A DNA stretch of 64,000 nucleotides, from the IMG/VR virus record IMGVR_UViG_3300020724_000005. One strand, given 5' to 3'. Position 1 is the stretch's first letter. Each line of letters starts with the position of its first letter. Position numbers and translations under genes: made by a program. The notes under the pieces were generated by a model. It was given only the letters and a program-made list of their open reading frames with translations. It ran no database searches and was not told where the DNA came from. The stretch is from a virus. Below, in pieces: positions 32,647 through 42,242 of this stretch.

Positions 32647-33408
32647 TTAAAATCCTCCTAAGAAAGTAAATGATGTATTTACTGGAAAAACTGACATATC
32701 TTGCCAGTTTAAAGTATTACTTAATACTCCACTGTATGTCCATATTGTTTGCCCATTGGAGCTGTCTATCCATGTTCCATCTAAAAATCCGTTATCCTGT
32801 GTTCCAGTCAAGGTAAGTATTGCGTATGTTCCTGCAGAAGATGATGTAAGTATTATGTGGGAAGTAGCAGTCCCTGTGGTTGTCATCGCACCTGTTATAG
32901 TATAAGTGTTTCCTGCAACCAATGTATGCGTAAGACCTGCAGTAGTACAAGTAAAATTGTTTGTAGTAAACCCATTAGTACCTGCAAATGTTAGCGCTGC
33001 TGATAAAGTCAAAGTACCTCCTATTGTAAATACAAATGAGTTTATGGTTATGGTTGATGTTGCTGATACTGTAATGGAGTTGGGCCATGTTTTATTATTG
33101 CTTATCCAAGTACTAGAAGCATTAAAGGTTAACCCACTTGCTCCTGATATTGTCATACCTGAAACTAATGTAATATTTCCTGATATCGTAAGTCCATTGG
33201 TCATTGTCAATGTACCAGTATAGCCAGTACAAGTAAGAGATTTACAAACAGAAGCTGCGTCTACTGTACATCCACCTGAGTTGTTATCTAAAATAGCATC
33301 ATCTGTAGCAGTTGGCACAGCACCGTTGGCCAGACCTCCTGAAGAAGTTGACCAGCTGGATGCTGCACTCCAGTTACCGTTAGAATTTCTAAAGTAATAA
33401 GTTGCCAT
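32647..33408 (-). CDS. beta-helix-type tail fibre/adhesin, short paralogue
   Basis: 253 aa. Its N-terminus (MATYYFRNSNGNWSAASSWSTSSGG) and C-terminus match those of 30034..32643. Confidence 0.6.
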   Translation of the reverse strand: MATYYFRNSNGNWSAASSWSTSSGGLANGAVPTATDDAILDNNSGGCTVDAASVCKSLTCTGYTGTLTMTNGLTISGNITLVSGMTISGASGLTFNASSTWISNNKTWPNSITVSATSTITINSFVFTIGGTLTLSAALTFAGTNGFTTNNFTCTTAGLTHTLVAGNTYTITGAMTTTGTATSHIILTSSSAGTYAILTLTGTQDNGFLDGTWIDSSNGQTIWTYSGVLSNTLNWQDMSVFPVNTSFTFLGGF

Positions 33409-33409
33409 G

Positions 33410-33652
33410 TTATATTGTCACTACTTGTCCTATTGGTACTTGGGGTATGATAGCTGCTACTTGCTGTGTGCGCGTTATTCTTGCTTGCTCAGATTGCCCT
33501 CTGATGGAGAGACTCAAATTGATATAATCTATTGAATCTGGAGCAAAGATAGCAACTACTATTTCTTGTTTTGTACCGTCATCAAATGTATACTCTGCCG
33601 TAACATTTAAAGTTTCTCCTGCCTGTTCTGTCGATAAAATTTTGTAAGTCAT
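33410..33652 (-). CDS. hypothetical small protein
   Basis: 80-aa ORF between the fibre genes. Confidence 0.45.
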   Translation of the reverse strand: MTYKILSTEQAGETLNVTAEYTFDDGTKQEIVVAIFAPDSIDYINLSLSIRGQSEQARITRTQQVAAIIPQVPIGQVVTI

Positions 33653-33666
33653 AAATTTATTTATTT

Positions 33667-36600
33667 TTAAGGTAATGTTCTTATTGCTACGAATTGTACT
33701 GTAACTCTGCTTAAAGTTGTTGCTGAGTTAACAACAAATTCCATTATGTCGTTTGCGTTTATGTTTGTTGAAGTCCATCCTGAAACGCTCGCTGATGCAA
33801 ATTGTTGGGAAGATAGAGACGCTGAGTTGCCAGTTCCTACCAATGAGGTTGAGTTTCTTTTTAAGTCTATCTGTATACAGCTTCCTGCACTTCCAGTATT
33901 TGCCATTACCACCCAGCTTTTGATGGATCCTGACCATGGAATAGATACATATCCTTTAGTACCTGTTGATATAGTTCCACCCTGTCCGTCTAATGTTATA
34001 CCAAAAGATGAAGTTGCAGTAGAAGCTCCACCACCTCCACCGCCAGCAGAACTTAAGGCGTACGAAGCTGTTAAAGCGTAGCTTGAGCTGACCGCGTTTA
34101 GGACATATGATGCAGTTTGGGCTGTTGTAACATAGGACGCTGTAGACGCATAAGAAGCTGTTCCAAATAGAGATCCTGTTATTGAAGATGCACTTACAAA
34201 TGATGCAGTCAGACTATTAACTGATACTCCGTCATTCGTAACTAAACTTCCGCTGAGTGTATAGCTTCCGCTTAGTATCTTGGTGTTGTACCAAACGTTA
34301 GAGTCATACATCAGTAGATCTCCGTATGTAGGACTTGTTAACAATACGTCGCTTAAAGCAGCCAAAGACGTGGTACTTACGCCGGTGCTGCCTCCTATTC
34401 CTCCTACGTTTCTAAATAGACCTCCTTGCTGTATTATCGCTCTTGTGCTTGATAGATCTGTACACCCTTTTTGTACGATTATGTACGCTACAAATATCGC
34501 GTTAAGAGCTGTATTTGGAGCTTCAGTAAACGCTTCTGTGTTTATTGCTGCCTGTGCTGCTGCTGACGTAGAATATTGCGCATTTCCATAATATACCACA
34601 AAAGCATTTGTAGGAGAATTTGGAAACCAGAATACTCTTTGGATAGTCCAGTTAGAGTTATTTACATTATTGCCTGTTACCGTAGTTAAATTTCCTGTTG
34701 TAATATTTACGTATTGACTTGGATCTATGACTGTGTATCCAGCATTTGCAACACCAGTGTCTATGACTGGAGTAGAACCTGATATGTAGTACCTGAATAT
34801 CTTTGAAGTTGTTATAGCTCCTTCTACTGTGGTAGACGGGTGGTTTGGGTTTATTGTATAATTAGCTCCCTCTCTCCACGCGTTTCCTCCTGTTTTGATG
34901 ATACTTAACGTAGATCCGCTTGGCTGTAAAACGTGCCCAGATAATTTAAGAGGTCCAAATGCTCTAAGAAAGTCATCAGATTTTTGGAATCCACCGTATG
35001 ATATCTGAGGTGAGTTAAATACTCCAGAAGATACACTGCCGCTGAGATGTAGAACAACTCCTAAAGGTATAGAATTGTCCCACTGGTTTATGTCAGTAGA
35101 TCCCCAAGGAGTGACTTGTTGTATTACAGTGCTTCCGCTATTTATGCCTACGTATGTTATCTTTGCAGAACCTGAATTGATTATGGGCTGAGAAGTATAA
35201 TTAGGCCATGATATGTACTGGACTGTTGGATACGGCGCACTTGCTGTAGAAGCATTCAGGGTGACTATTATTCCGGTTCCAGCAGATATGTTAAACGTTG
35301 TAGATCCTGTAGTTGATGATAGTATGCCTCCGCTTAGTATGCCGGTATATAATACGCTTTCTAACCAACGTAAACGAGTTGAGTTTGAATATCCTGATCC
35401 ATTCTGTGAAAAGTATAGATCTTGCGTTGAACCAGAAACGTAAATGTACGATGCTGATATCGAGTTGTCTATACTCTTTACTACTGGATTAAACTTAATT
35501 ATGCCGCTCGTCTCCATGTCTCCGTATACCCCGATCGTTGGAGTTGCTGGAGTTGTGGTTGAACCTGAGATTATGATAGATCCTGAGAGAGTCGTGTTAC
35601 CATACAGGTTGTTATTTCCTATTTGAGTAGTAGATCCAGAGATATTCAAAGATCCTGTTAACGTAGTACTGCCGATAAGCGTATTAGATCCGGATGTATT
35701 TATGCTTCCGGTGATTGTTTGATTGCCGATAAAAACGTTTGAACCTGTCGTAGCAAGACTGGCGGATTTTGACACAAACACTGGGTCTACTTCTTGGTAA
35801 TACGAAGCAGATGTGCTTGAGTAACTGTAAGAAGAGCTTATAGCATACGAAGAGCTTAAAGCTTGTGTTGCATATGAAGCTGTACCTTGCAATGAACCTG
35901 TGAATCCACCTGTAGATGATACAGACCCAGTTACGCTAAGAGATCCTGATATGATCGCTGATCCAGTGAAGGGGAATGATGCGCCTGTACCTCCATTTAG
36001 AGCATATGATGCAGTAACCGCGTATGATGAACTCAAGATGCTGTTAGATCCGTAAGGACCATACACGTTAGAACTTGTTACATATGACGCAGTAGATGAA
36101 TACGAAGCTGATGTAACTGATCCTGAAAAGTAACTTGCTGACAGCGCATAAGAAGCTGATAACGCATATGAAGCAGTCGTACTTGTGTTAGAATACGATG
36201 AGCTTAAACTGCTTGAAGCGTATGAAGCAGACAGTATAGAGTTTGCTCCATAAGGTCCATATACTTTTGATGAAGTCACAAAAGACGCTGTCTGAGCGGT
36301 TGTGGTGTACGAAGCAGTAACTGCATATGAAGCGCTCAGCACAGACATCGAACTAGTCTGGTTGCTTAACACCGCTGGGCTGCCGTTTACTGACAGTGAT
36401 CCTGTGATGCTTACGCTGCCGGTCATCACTTGAGTGTTAGTCAGAGAGTTACCGAATATGTTGCTTCCAGAGCTGAATATCACCGATGATGTCTCTGTCT
36501 GTACTACTAGAGTCTTTGCTGTGAGAGTTCCTGCTACTGTAAAGTTATCTGCATAGGAGGCCGTTACTGCTACTGTTGCAAAAGAGGCAGATATGGAGTT

Positions 36601-37878
36601 ATCTGCGTTGTTTGCATGAGAAGCGCTAGTTGAGTTTAAAGAATAAGAGCTTGATGTTGAGTTTTGCGCCTGTGAACTGCTTATGGCATATGAAGCACTT
36701 ACGACTGATCCTCCGTAGTAAGAGGCTGTTAAAGAATACGAACTAGAAACTGCATTCAAAACGTATGAGGCAGTGACTGCATTCTGAGCTTGGGAACTGC
36801 TTACGGCATAGGATCCGGATTTAGAATAAGAACTGCTTACTGAATATGATGCTGTTGATGCATAGGATGCTGTTAGAGACACAGAAGAGTAAGATGCTGT
36901 GTTGCTATAGCTTGAGCTCAGAGATGCCAAAGAATATGATGAGGATACGCTGTACGATGCTGTGCCCTGTAGCGACCCAGTAAATGACGGAGCTGTTACT
37001 CCTCCAGGCATTGAAGTTGTACCGTTATTGTAATAGTTCCAAGTATATGATCCTGAGGTTTGGGTATATGCGCCATAATCATCTACCCAAACAAGTGATT
37101 GAGTGTTGCTTGAGGCCATCTCTACATACTCCCCAGGAGCCGCTATTAAATCAACCCCACCTTCTAAAAATAAATTATATACAAGACTACCACCTCTTAA
37201 ATTTACTGAACCTGTTACTTCTACATTATTTACAAAAGCAACTTTATCCTCATATACTATTAGCCCATTCTCTGCACTATATCCGTTAACCTGCAATCCT
37301 ATGCTCTGGGTTGAATCATTATGGAAAACAAAACGACCATCATTCCACCCAAAGTAGCTCATCACAGAGTTTGTTTTTGAGAAGGTATCATTATAGAAAC
37401 GAGCTATCCGAGGAGAATCATTATTTCCGTGTATCTCTTGAATTGAATAGTTTGGACTACCAACAGTAGGGGACAGTATTATTACACCACCGCTTCCTGT
37501 TATAGTTAGATTAGTATCAAAGACTGAATTTGTTTCTCCTACTTGTAATTTAATAGTAGGTGACGCCCAAACATTATCATATTGAGCGCTTGTGTCTGCT
37601 ATTACGAATGTAGATCCAGAAACTCCAGCAGTATAGTGCGCATATCCTTCATTTGCAAACTTAATACCTGAGCCAAATCCATCTGAACTACCTCCGTCTA
37701 TTATTTGATTTCCAAAAAATAGATTTGACCCAGTTGTAGCTAAGCTTGCAGACTTTTCAACAAACACTGGATCTGTCTCATGGTAATAAGACGCGGTACC
37801 TTCTAGAGAACCTGTGAAAGTCCCCACAAAAGATCCAGATATCGGTTTTAAAAGCTGTTTACTGTTTATTTGAGCCAT
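33667..37878 (-). CDS. long tail fibre protein with (S/T)ASY low-complexity repeats
   Basis: 1403 aa with dozens of SASY/TASY/SSSY units and internal duplications (YYHETDPVFVEKSASLATTGSNLFFGNQ and YYQEVDPVFVSKSASLATTGSNVFIGNQ). Confidence 0.6.
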   Translation of the reverse strand: MAQINSKQLLKPISGSFVGTFTGSLEGTASYYHETDPVFVEKSASLATTGSNLFFGNQIIDGGSSDGFGSGIKFANEGYAHYTAGVSGSTFVIADTSAQYDNVWASPTIKLQVGETNSVFDTNLTITGSGGVIILSPTVGSPNYSIQEIHGNNDSPRIARFYNDTFSKTNSVMSYFGWNDGRFVFHNDSTQSIGLQVNGYSAENGLIVYEDKVAFVNNVEVTGSVNLRGGSLVYNLFLEGGVDLIAAPGEYVEMASSNTQSLVWVDDYGAYTQTSGSYTWNYYNNGTTSMPGGVTAPSFTGSLQGTASYSVSSSYSLASLSSSYSNTASYSSVSLTASYASTASYSVSSSYSKSGSYAVSSSQAQNAVTASYVLNAVSSSYSLTASYYGGSVVSASYAISSSQAQNSTSSSYSLNSTSASHANNADNSISASFATVAVTASYADNFTVAGTLTAKTLVVQTETSSVIFSSGSNIFGNSLTNTQVMTGSVSITGSLSVNGSPAVLSNQTSSMSVLSASYAVTASYTTTAQTASFVTSSKVYGPYGANSILSASYASSSLSSSYSNTSTTASYALSASYALSASYFSGSVTSASYSSTASYVTSSNVYGPYGSNSILSSSYAVTASYALNGGTGASFPFTGSAIISGSLSVTGSVSSTGGFTGSLQGTASYATQALSSSYAISSSYSYSSTSASYYQEVDPVFVSKSASLATTGSNVFIGNQTITGSINTSGSNTLIGSTTLTGSLNISGSTTQIGNNNLYGNTTLSGSIIISGSTTTPATPTIGVYGDMETSGIIKFNPVVKSIDNSISASYIYVSGSTQDLYFSQNGSGYSNSTRLRWLESVLYTGILSGGILSSTTGSTTFNISAGTGIIVTLNASTASAPYPTVQYISWPNYTSQPIINSGSAKITYVGINSGSTVIQQVTPWGSTDINQWDNSIPLGVVLHLSGSVSSGVFNSPQISYGGFQKSDDFLRAFGPLKLSGHVLQPSGSTLSIIKTGGNAWREGANYTINPNHPSTTVEGAITTSKIFRYYISGSTPVIDTGVANAGYTVIDPSQYVNITTGNLTTVTGNNVNNSNWTIQRVFWFPNSPTNAFVVYYGNAQYSTSAAAQAAINTEAFTEAPNTALNAIFVAYIIVQKGCTDLSSTRAIIQQGGLFRNVGGIGGSTGVSTTSLAALSDVLLTSPTYGDLLMYDSNVWYNTKILSGSYTLSGSLVTNDGVSVNSLTASFVSASSITGSLFGTASYASTASYVTTAQTASYVLNAVSSSYALTASYALSSAGGGGGGASTATSSFGITLDGQGGTISTGTKGYVSIPWSGSIKSWVVMANTGSAGSCIQIDLKRNSTSLVGTGNSASLSSQQFASASVSGWTSTNINANDIMEFVVNSATTLSRVTVQFVAIRTLP

Positions 37879-37881
37879 TCC

Positions 37882-39144
37882 TTATGCAAATTTACCTATT
37901 CCTAATACTGTATCACTTGGATCAAAACCGTATCCTAAAGCTGTTGGATCTATCACCAAAGTGGATGTACTTATTCCGTCTGTTGTAAAACTAACTATCG
38001 AACTCTTTTCTACAAAAGCTCCGTTGATAAAGAAGTTGAAGTTATCTAACCCTGTCGCTGGTAGTCCTGAAGGCGCTGTTAACCATATACCTGGGAAAGT
38101 AACTGTTGCGTTATCTACGTAAGTTGCCTGTAGCTGCTTATTGGTAGAAAGGTATGTAAGGAGCAATGGATTCACAGACCCTGCGTTTATGTTGTACACG
38201 TTATTGACAGAATCGTTTATCAGCGCACCCTTGGCAGGACTTCCTGTCTTCTTAGCGGCGGTGCTTGAAGTCTCTGTTCCGCTCGTGGTCTCGAGTCCAA
38301 ACACCAGCTTTGATATCCCATACGATCTACTAGCGCCCGCTATCTTGCTCATCTCTGTGTCTGGGATCAGGTAGCCGTTCAGTGTGAGGTTAAAACTGTT
38401 TCTTACCAGCCTATCGTCTCCAAGATCATACGATAATGTGTCGGTGAATGTTTCTATGTTGCTGTAGAAAAGGAAGCGATTAGGGTCACCCCAGTAGCTT
38501 CTAGATGAAAAGTTCAATGACTCGATAATAGTATCTATCTGTTCTACAAAGTAAGTCCACACCATGCAAGTGTATTCTACAGTCACGTAGTCTGGGGTTA
38601 TCGACACCAAGTACTCTGTCTCTGGAGATCTGTTGTTCAGAGCCGCAAAGTTGCTGTATATGTTTCTCTTTGAGTATTTCTTTTGGAAGAACTGCAAGTT
38701 ATGAGCCTGGTTACCGTCGAGTTTGTTTCCTAAAGTTCTGTTCTGAGTAACTGAGTTACGTTTGAACATGATCAGAGGCGCCATAAGCTTTCCTTTCTGG
38801 TCTCTGTAGTATCCGTCTGCTTGCACGCTCTTCCAGTTCTCAGGAGTTCCGTACAATATAGGAACGTTCAGCTTGGTGTTGTTTTGAACCACCGTCGGTT
38901 TCAGTACTTGGGTAAAGTAGTACATCACCGCATCGTCTATGTCTTTTATCCCTACTGAAAATACTTTATCAGTGTCTCCTTTCAAAGAGTACTCTAAAGC
39001 TCTGTTGTTCTCTGGCTGTCCCAGCTTCTGAGGCTCTGTGAAAACTGGATCTGGAACTTGCTGTACATATGGGGTCTCAAGAGTCTTCATGAACTCTCGT
39101 CTGCTTTGTGGCCTTGTCGTCTGTATCCCGCCTTTTCCTGCCAT
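37882..39144 (-). CDS. virion structural protein (neck/baseplate region, unassigned)
   Basis: 420-aa ORF between the head genes and the fibres. Confidence 0.4.
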   Translation of the reverse strand: MAGKGGIQTTRPQSRREFMKTLETPYVQQVPDPVFTEPQKLGQPENNRALEYSLKGDTDKVFSVGIKDIDDAVMYYFTQVLKPTVVQNNTKLNVPILYGTPENWKSVQADGYYRDQKGKLMAPLIMFKRNSVTQNRTLGNKLDGNQAHNLQFFQKKYSKRNIYSNFAALNNRSPETEYLVSITPDYVTVEYTCMVWTYFVEQIDTIIESLNFSSRSYWGDPNRFLFYSNIETFTDTLSYDLGDDRLVRNSFNLTLNGYLIPDTEMSKIAGASRSYGISKLVFGLETTSGTETSSTAAKKTGSPAKGALINDSVNNVYNINAGSVNPLLLTYLSTNKQLQATYVDNATVTFPGIWLTAPSGLPATGLDNFNFFINGAFVEKSSIVSFTTDGISTSTLVIDPTALGYGFDPSDTVLGIGKFA

Positions 39145-39145
39145 G

Positions 39146-39637
39146 TTATAGTCTCTCTTGTTTTATTCCCAACGAATCCGGAGAAGCGTAGTGGGTCTTC
39201 AGTATCATCGAATATGAAGATCCAAAGTTCTCTAGACCGTCTTGGTATGCGTATTGGTTGTCTTTTCCTAGTATCAGCTGATTCTCGTTTACAGAGTCCA
39301 CAGAAAAATACAACTCATTGTACATGATCACATCACCCACCTCAGGAAACACGTTTGCTTGAATTAGATGGTCTTTAAAGAACCTGAACTCAACTGCCCT
39401 TGTGTTGTCTGGTCCAAACTCTGTCTGCGTGAATTCGAAGTCTCCTCTCTGTATCAAGCAGTTTATCAGCACAGGTCCTATGTAGGTTTTGTTAAGAGCC
39501 TCTCCGTATGTGTTGAAAGGCGTATCTCCTAAAACTACCTTGTAATATCCGATTGCTTGACTCACGATGTTCTCCACGACTTCTCTCGTCATAAATTTGA
39601 ACGTTGTTATGTCTCTTGTTGATCCGAATAGAGCCAT
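39146..39637 (-). CDS. virion structural protein (unassigned)
   Basis: 163-aa ORF, start-stop coupled to the upstream gene. Confidence 0.4.
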   Translation of the reverse strand: MALFGSTRDITTFKFMTREVVENIVSQAIGYYKVVLGDTPFNTYGEALNKTYIGPVLINCLIQRGDFEFTQTEFGPDNTRAVEFRFFKDHLIQANVFPEVGDVIMYNELYFSVDSVNENQLILGKDNQYAYQDGLENFGSSYSMILKTHYASPDSLGIKQERL

Positions 39638-40800
39638 TAGCCGATGTAGATTAATAGTGGAACGTTCAATAATGTGTCGCTTTCAGATTTTGCCTCTGCG
39701 GCTTTTCTCTCCAGCTGACTCTGTCTTGTCATATCTTCAAGCTCCTGTCTCAATCTTTCTTTCAGTGCCTGCTGCGTGTTTTGTCCTTTCGATATCAGAT
39801 CTGCTCCATTCAAAGTCACTTCAGACCCTGGAACTGGAACTTGAGTGTACTTTCCTCTCACTAGACCAAGAAGTTCAGAAGCAAGAGCCAATGTGTATTC
39901 GTATATCCACTGCCTTCCTGGTCTATTGATCTGAGAGTACGTTATCGTGCCGTATGGAACTTGAGAAGGATTAGCTACGAGGTTTGTGCTTCCGGAGTAT
40001 GGACTGTTTATGCTTGGATCTCCCATCTCGCTCTTCTTTGAATACTGGATCCAAAGGGCGCTGTTTATCTCAGGCATCGGGAATATCTTGAGCTTGTTGT
40101 TGACTATCTCAAACGTATACGCGCTTCTTCTCACAGTGTTTGACATCTCTATCTCCTGGATCCTCTGTATGTCCCAGTAGACAGGGAACAGGGTGAAGTT
40201 GAGTCCTGGAGAATACGACGCCCATCCAAAGTTCTCTGCTGCTCCTTGGTAGTTTATAGATCCACCAACGTATGGATCGTAGTATTGGTTTATCGCTGGG
40301 TTTCCTTGGTAGTACACTTGCTGCACAACGACTCTGTCTCCTGGCTGTATCCATCCTCCTGAGATAGCGATGCTCTGAATGTCGTATATCTGACTGCCCG
40401 AGTATAGTGTTATCGAGCCCGTGTACCAATCTATGTTTCCGCCAACTCCAGCAGGAGCTCCGTATGAGTCTGCTATCGTTATGACTGTATTTAGGTTTGG
40501 GACTACGACTGTGTTATTGAGAAGAGATCCAGTAGGAGAACCTTCTAGACCTAGATAGTTGTCTTTTATCTTAGACTGGTATATCTCTAGAGCATATGTG
40601 GAAACAGCCTCTTCAAAACAAGCAAAAAATTGACTATCTTGAAGCTCCACTTCCATCATGGGGTAACCTAGCTTTTTGGCACAGTAATCAGCTACTTGCA
40701 CAGATTCACTTACAAATACTGGATCTGTATCGTAAAGTCCAAACGGTGTACTACCTGTTGAGAATGAAGCGCTGCCTGGCCACGGTTGAGGGTTACTCAT
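39637..40800 (-). CDS. virion structural protein (unassigned)
   Basis: 387-aa ORF with a motif copy 14 nt upstream. Confidence 0.4.
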   Translation of the reverse strand: MSNPQPWPGSASFSTGSTPFGLYDTDPVFVSESVQVADYCAKKLGYPMMEVELQDSQFFACFEEAVSTYALEIYQSKIKDNYLGLEGSPTGSLLNNTVVVPNLNTVITIADSYGAPAGVGGNIDWYTGSITLYSGSQIYDIQSIAISGGWIQPGDRVVVQQVYYQGNPAINQYYDPYVGGSINYQGAAENFGWASYSPGLNFTLFPVYWDIQRIQEIEMSNTVRRSAYTFEIVNNKLKIFPMPEINSALWIQYSKKSEMGDPSINSPYSGSTNLVANPSQVPYGTITYSQINRPGRQWIYEYTLALASELLGLVRGKYTQVPVPGSEVTLNGADLISKGQNTQQALKERLRQELEDMTRQSQLERKAAEAKSESDTLLNVPLLIYIG

Positions 40801-40814
40801 TTTTTGTGTTTATA

Positions 40815-40822
40815 ATAAATAT
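40815..40822 (-). promoter_or_regulatory. GATATTTAT(A/T)A-type motif copy
   Basis: ATAAATATC, 14 nt upstream of ATG 40800. Confidence 0.4.
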
Positions 40823-40837
40823 CAGGAAAGCCGACAA

Positions 40838-41515
40838 CTAGTCCTCATATTGCTTATAAACTCTGAGGATCTCTTCTACTATCGGATCTCTGTGGTTTTG
40901 TTTGAGAGTGACTACCGCAAACTTAGGAACATCGGTAAAGTTCTTACAAATGAAATCGAACCCTGAAGTTTTTTTCTCCTTTAGATCGATCTGAGACGCA
41001 TCTCCGCAGAGCACCATCTTTGAACCTTTGCATATCCTGCCCAGCACCAATCTCATCTGATCGTGTGTTATGTTCTGTGACTCATCTACCAGCACAAGAC
41101 AGTCTGAGAAGTTTCTGCCTCTCATGAAGCCAAGAGGACATATCTCTATCTTGCCTTCTTCTACCAACTTGTCTATCTTCTCTTTGTTGTAGAGTCTGTA
41201 CATGTTATCAAACACTGGAGCTGTGAACGGCGCTAGCTTGTCTTCTTTCGATCCTGGGAGGAATCCTATGCTCGCTGCTGCCTCTACAGTGGGTCTTGTT
41301 ATGATGACCTTTTCTATGTCTTTCTTAAAGAGCATGTCCAAAGCGACCTGTGCAGCAAGCAAAGACTTACCAGAGCCCGCCTGGCCTTTCAGTATAGTCA
41401 CCGTGTTGTCAAAGATCACTTGCTTAGCCAAACGCTGTTCTTCATTCAACTGTATCTGAAACTTTATAGGGCCTTTGGGTTTTCTGCCGTTAGGACCAAC
41501 TTTTTCTTCGACCAT
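40838..41515 (-). CDS. phoH: PhoH-like ATPase
   Basis: GQAGSGKSLLA, ITRPTVEAAASIGFLPG, CPLGFMRGRNF, LVDESQN, VLCGDASQIDL. Confidence 0.9.
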   Translation of the reverse strand: MVEEKVGPNGRKPKGPIKFQIQLNEEQRLAKQVIFDNTVTILKGQAGSGKSLLAAQVALDMLFKKDIEKVIITRPTVEAAASIGFLPGSKEDKLAPFTAPVFDNMYRLYNKEKIDKLVEEGKIEICPLGFMRGRNFSDCLVLVDESQNITHDQMRLVLGRICKGSKMVLCGDASQIDLKEKKTSGFDFICKNFTDVPKFAVVTLKQNHRDPIVEEILRVYKQYED

Positions 41516-41539
41516 TATGTTTGGTTGGGTTTGAAACTA

Positions 41540-41806
41540 TTAATATCCTGGGAAGTAAGATCCGCTGTATATTATCGCAAGACCTGCTGATTGTGTCACA
41601 GAAGTTATGTTACCGTATATGCTTTGGCCTTGGTTGAATGATGCGCTTATTGAACTTCCGCTAAGATTTGAAAATTTAATGATCGCAGTGGTCCCTGTTA
41701 CTGCATAATACCAAAAGGCATCACAAGCTTTATTCACAGATCCGCTAAGTATAGCGCCTCCATTTAAACCATACGGGTCTTTTAATCCGTCTACTATTTG
41801 TGGCAT
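41540..41806 (-). CDS. hypothetical protein
   Basis: 88-aa ORF with a motif copy 13 nt upstream. Confidence 0.45.
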   Translation of the reverse strand: MPQIVDGLKDPYGLNGGAILSGSVNKACDAFWYYAVTGTTAIIKFSNLSGSSISASFNQGQSIYGNITSVTQSAGLAIIYSGSYFPGY

Positions 41807-41819
41807 GTTATTGTTTTAT

Positions 41820-41827
41820 ATAAATAT
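41820..41827 (-). promoter_or_regulatory. motif copy
   Basis: ATAAATAT, 13 nt upstream of ATG 41806. Confidence 0.35.
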
Positions 41828-41837
41828 TGAAATTATT

Positions 41838-42155
41838 CTAAAGAGTAGACTTGAAAATGTAAACTTTTCCTTCAAGGTCTAATATATCTTTTATAGCAAG
41901 GTTCAGTTCTTTTGTTATTTTTTGGGATAGATCTGCTATTCCTTTGTTAGAAGAGTGCTTGTATATATCTAAATTCTTTTTGACGTCTCTAAGAGATTTT
42001 GCAAACTTTTTAAAGTCTGCTACATTGTATACTTGGGTCTTTACACTTCCAGTTTCTGGGTCTATCGTCTCTGGCCCTTGTAAGAATCCCTTCTTCATCA
42101 ATTTATCGACGTCTATTATTTCCTCGTCTTCAATTAAAAGATCTATCAGTTTCAT
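41838..42155 (-). CDS. leader-bearing small protein (MKLIDLLIE...)
   Basis: I moved the start to ATG 42155 because the track's N-terminal extension runs through the capsid-gene terminator. The N-terminus is MKLIDLLIED. Confidence 0.55.
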   Translation of the reverse strand: MKLIDLLIEDEEIIDVDKLMKKGFLQGPETIDPETGSVKTQVYNVADFKKFAKSLRDVKKNLDIYKHSSNKGIADLSQKITKELNLAIKDILDLEGKVYIFKSTL

Positions 42156-42159
42156 GCTT

Positions 42160-42167
42160 ATAAATAT
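42160..42167 (-). promoter_or_regulatory. motif copy
   Basis: ATAAATAT, 4 nt upstream of ATG 42155. Confidence 0.3.
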
Positions 42168-42183
42168 AGAATACTTTTTGATG

Positions 42184-42213
42184 AAAAACAAAAAAGCCCG
42201 GTAAAAACCGGGC
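42184..42213 (-). terminator. rho-independent terminator after the major capsid gene
   Basis: GCCCGGT (42196..42202) pairs with ACCGGGC (42207..42213) around a 4-nt loop. On the minus strand the stem is followed by TTTTTTGTTTTT. Confidence 0.75.
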
Positions 42214-42242
42214 CTTTCTTTTATTATTGTCTTAGATTAAAC

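Noticed and set aside
35700-36900. Periodic short repeats that could be mistaken for a CRISPR-like or satellite array.
   Set aside because: They are in-frame coding repeats ((S/T)ASY units) inside one uninterrupted 1403-codon ORF. There is no constant repeat/spacer structure.
42156-42191. N-terminal extensions of track ORFs that begin at upstream or alternative starts: 41838..42191, 61967..62491, 57419..58048, 63292..63732, 8015..9442, 9408..10145, 11280..11888 and 45754..46446.
   Set aside because: The extensions run through terminators, structured leaders or upstream genes. Internal ATGs give conserved N-termini (MKLIDLL, MIKLIDIL, MDYLKIY/MDHLKIY, MAYVYRH) and start-stop coupling.
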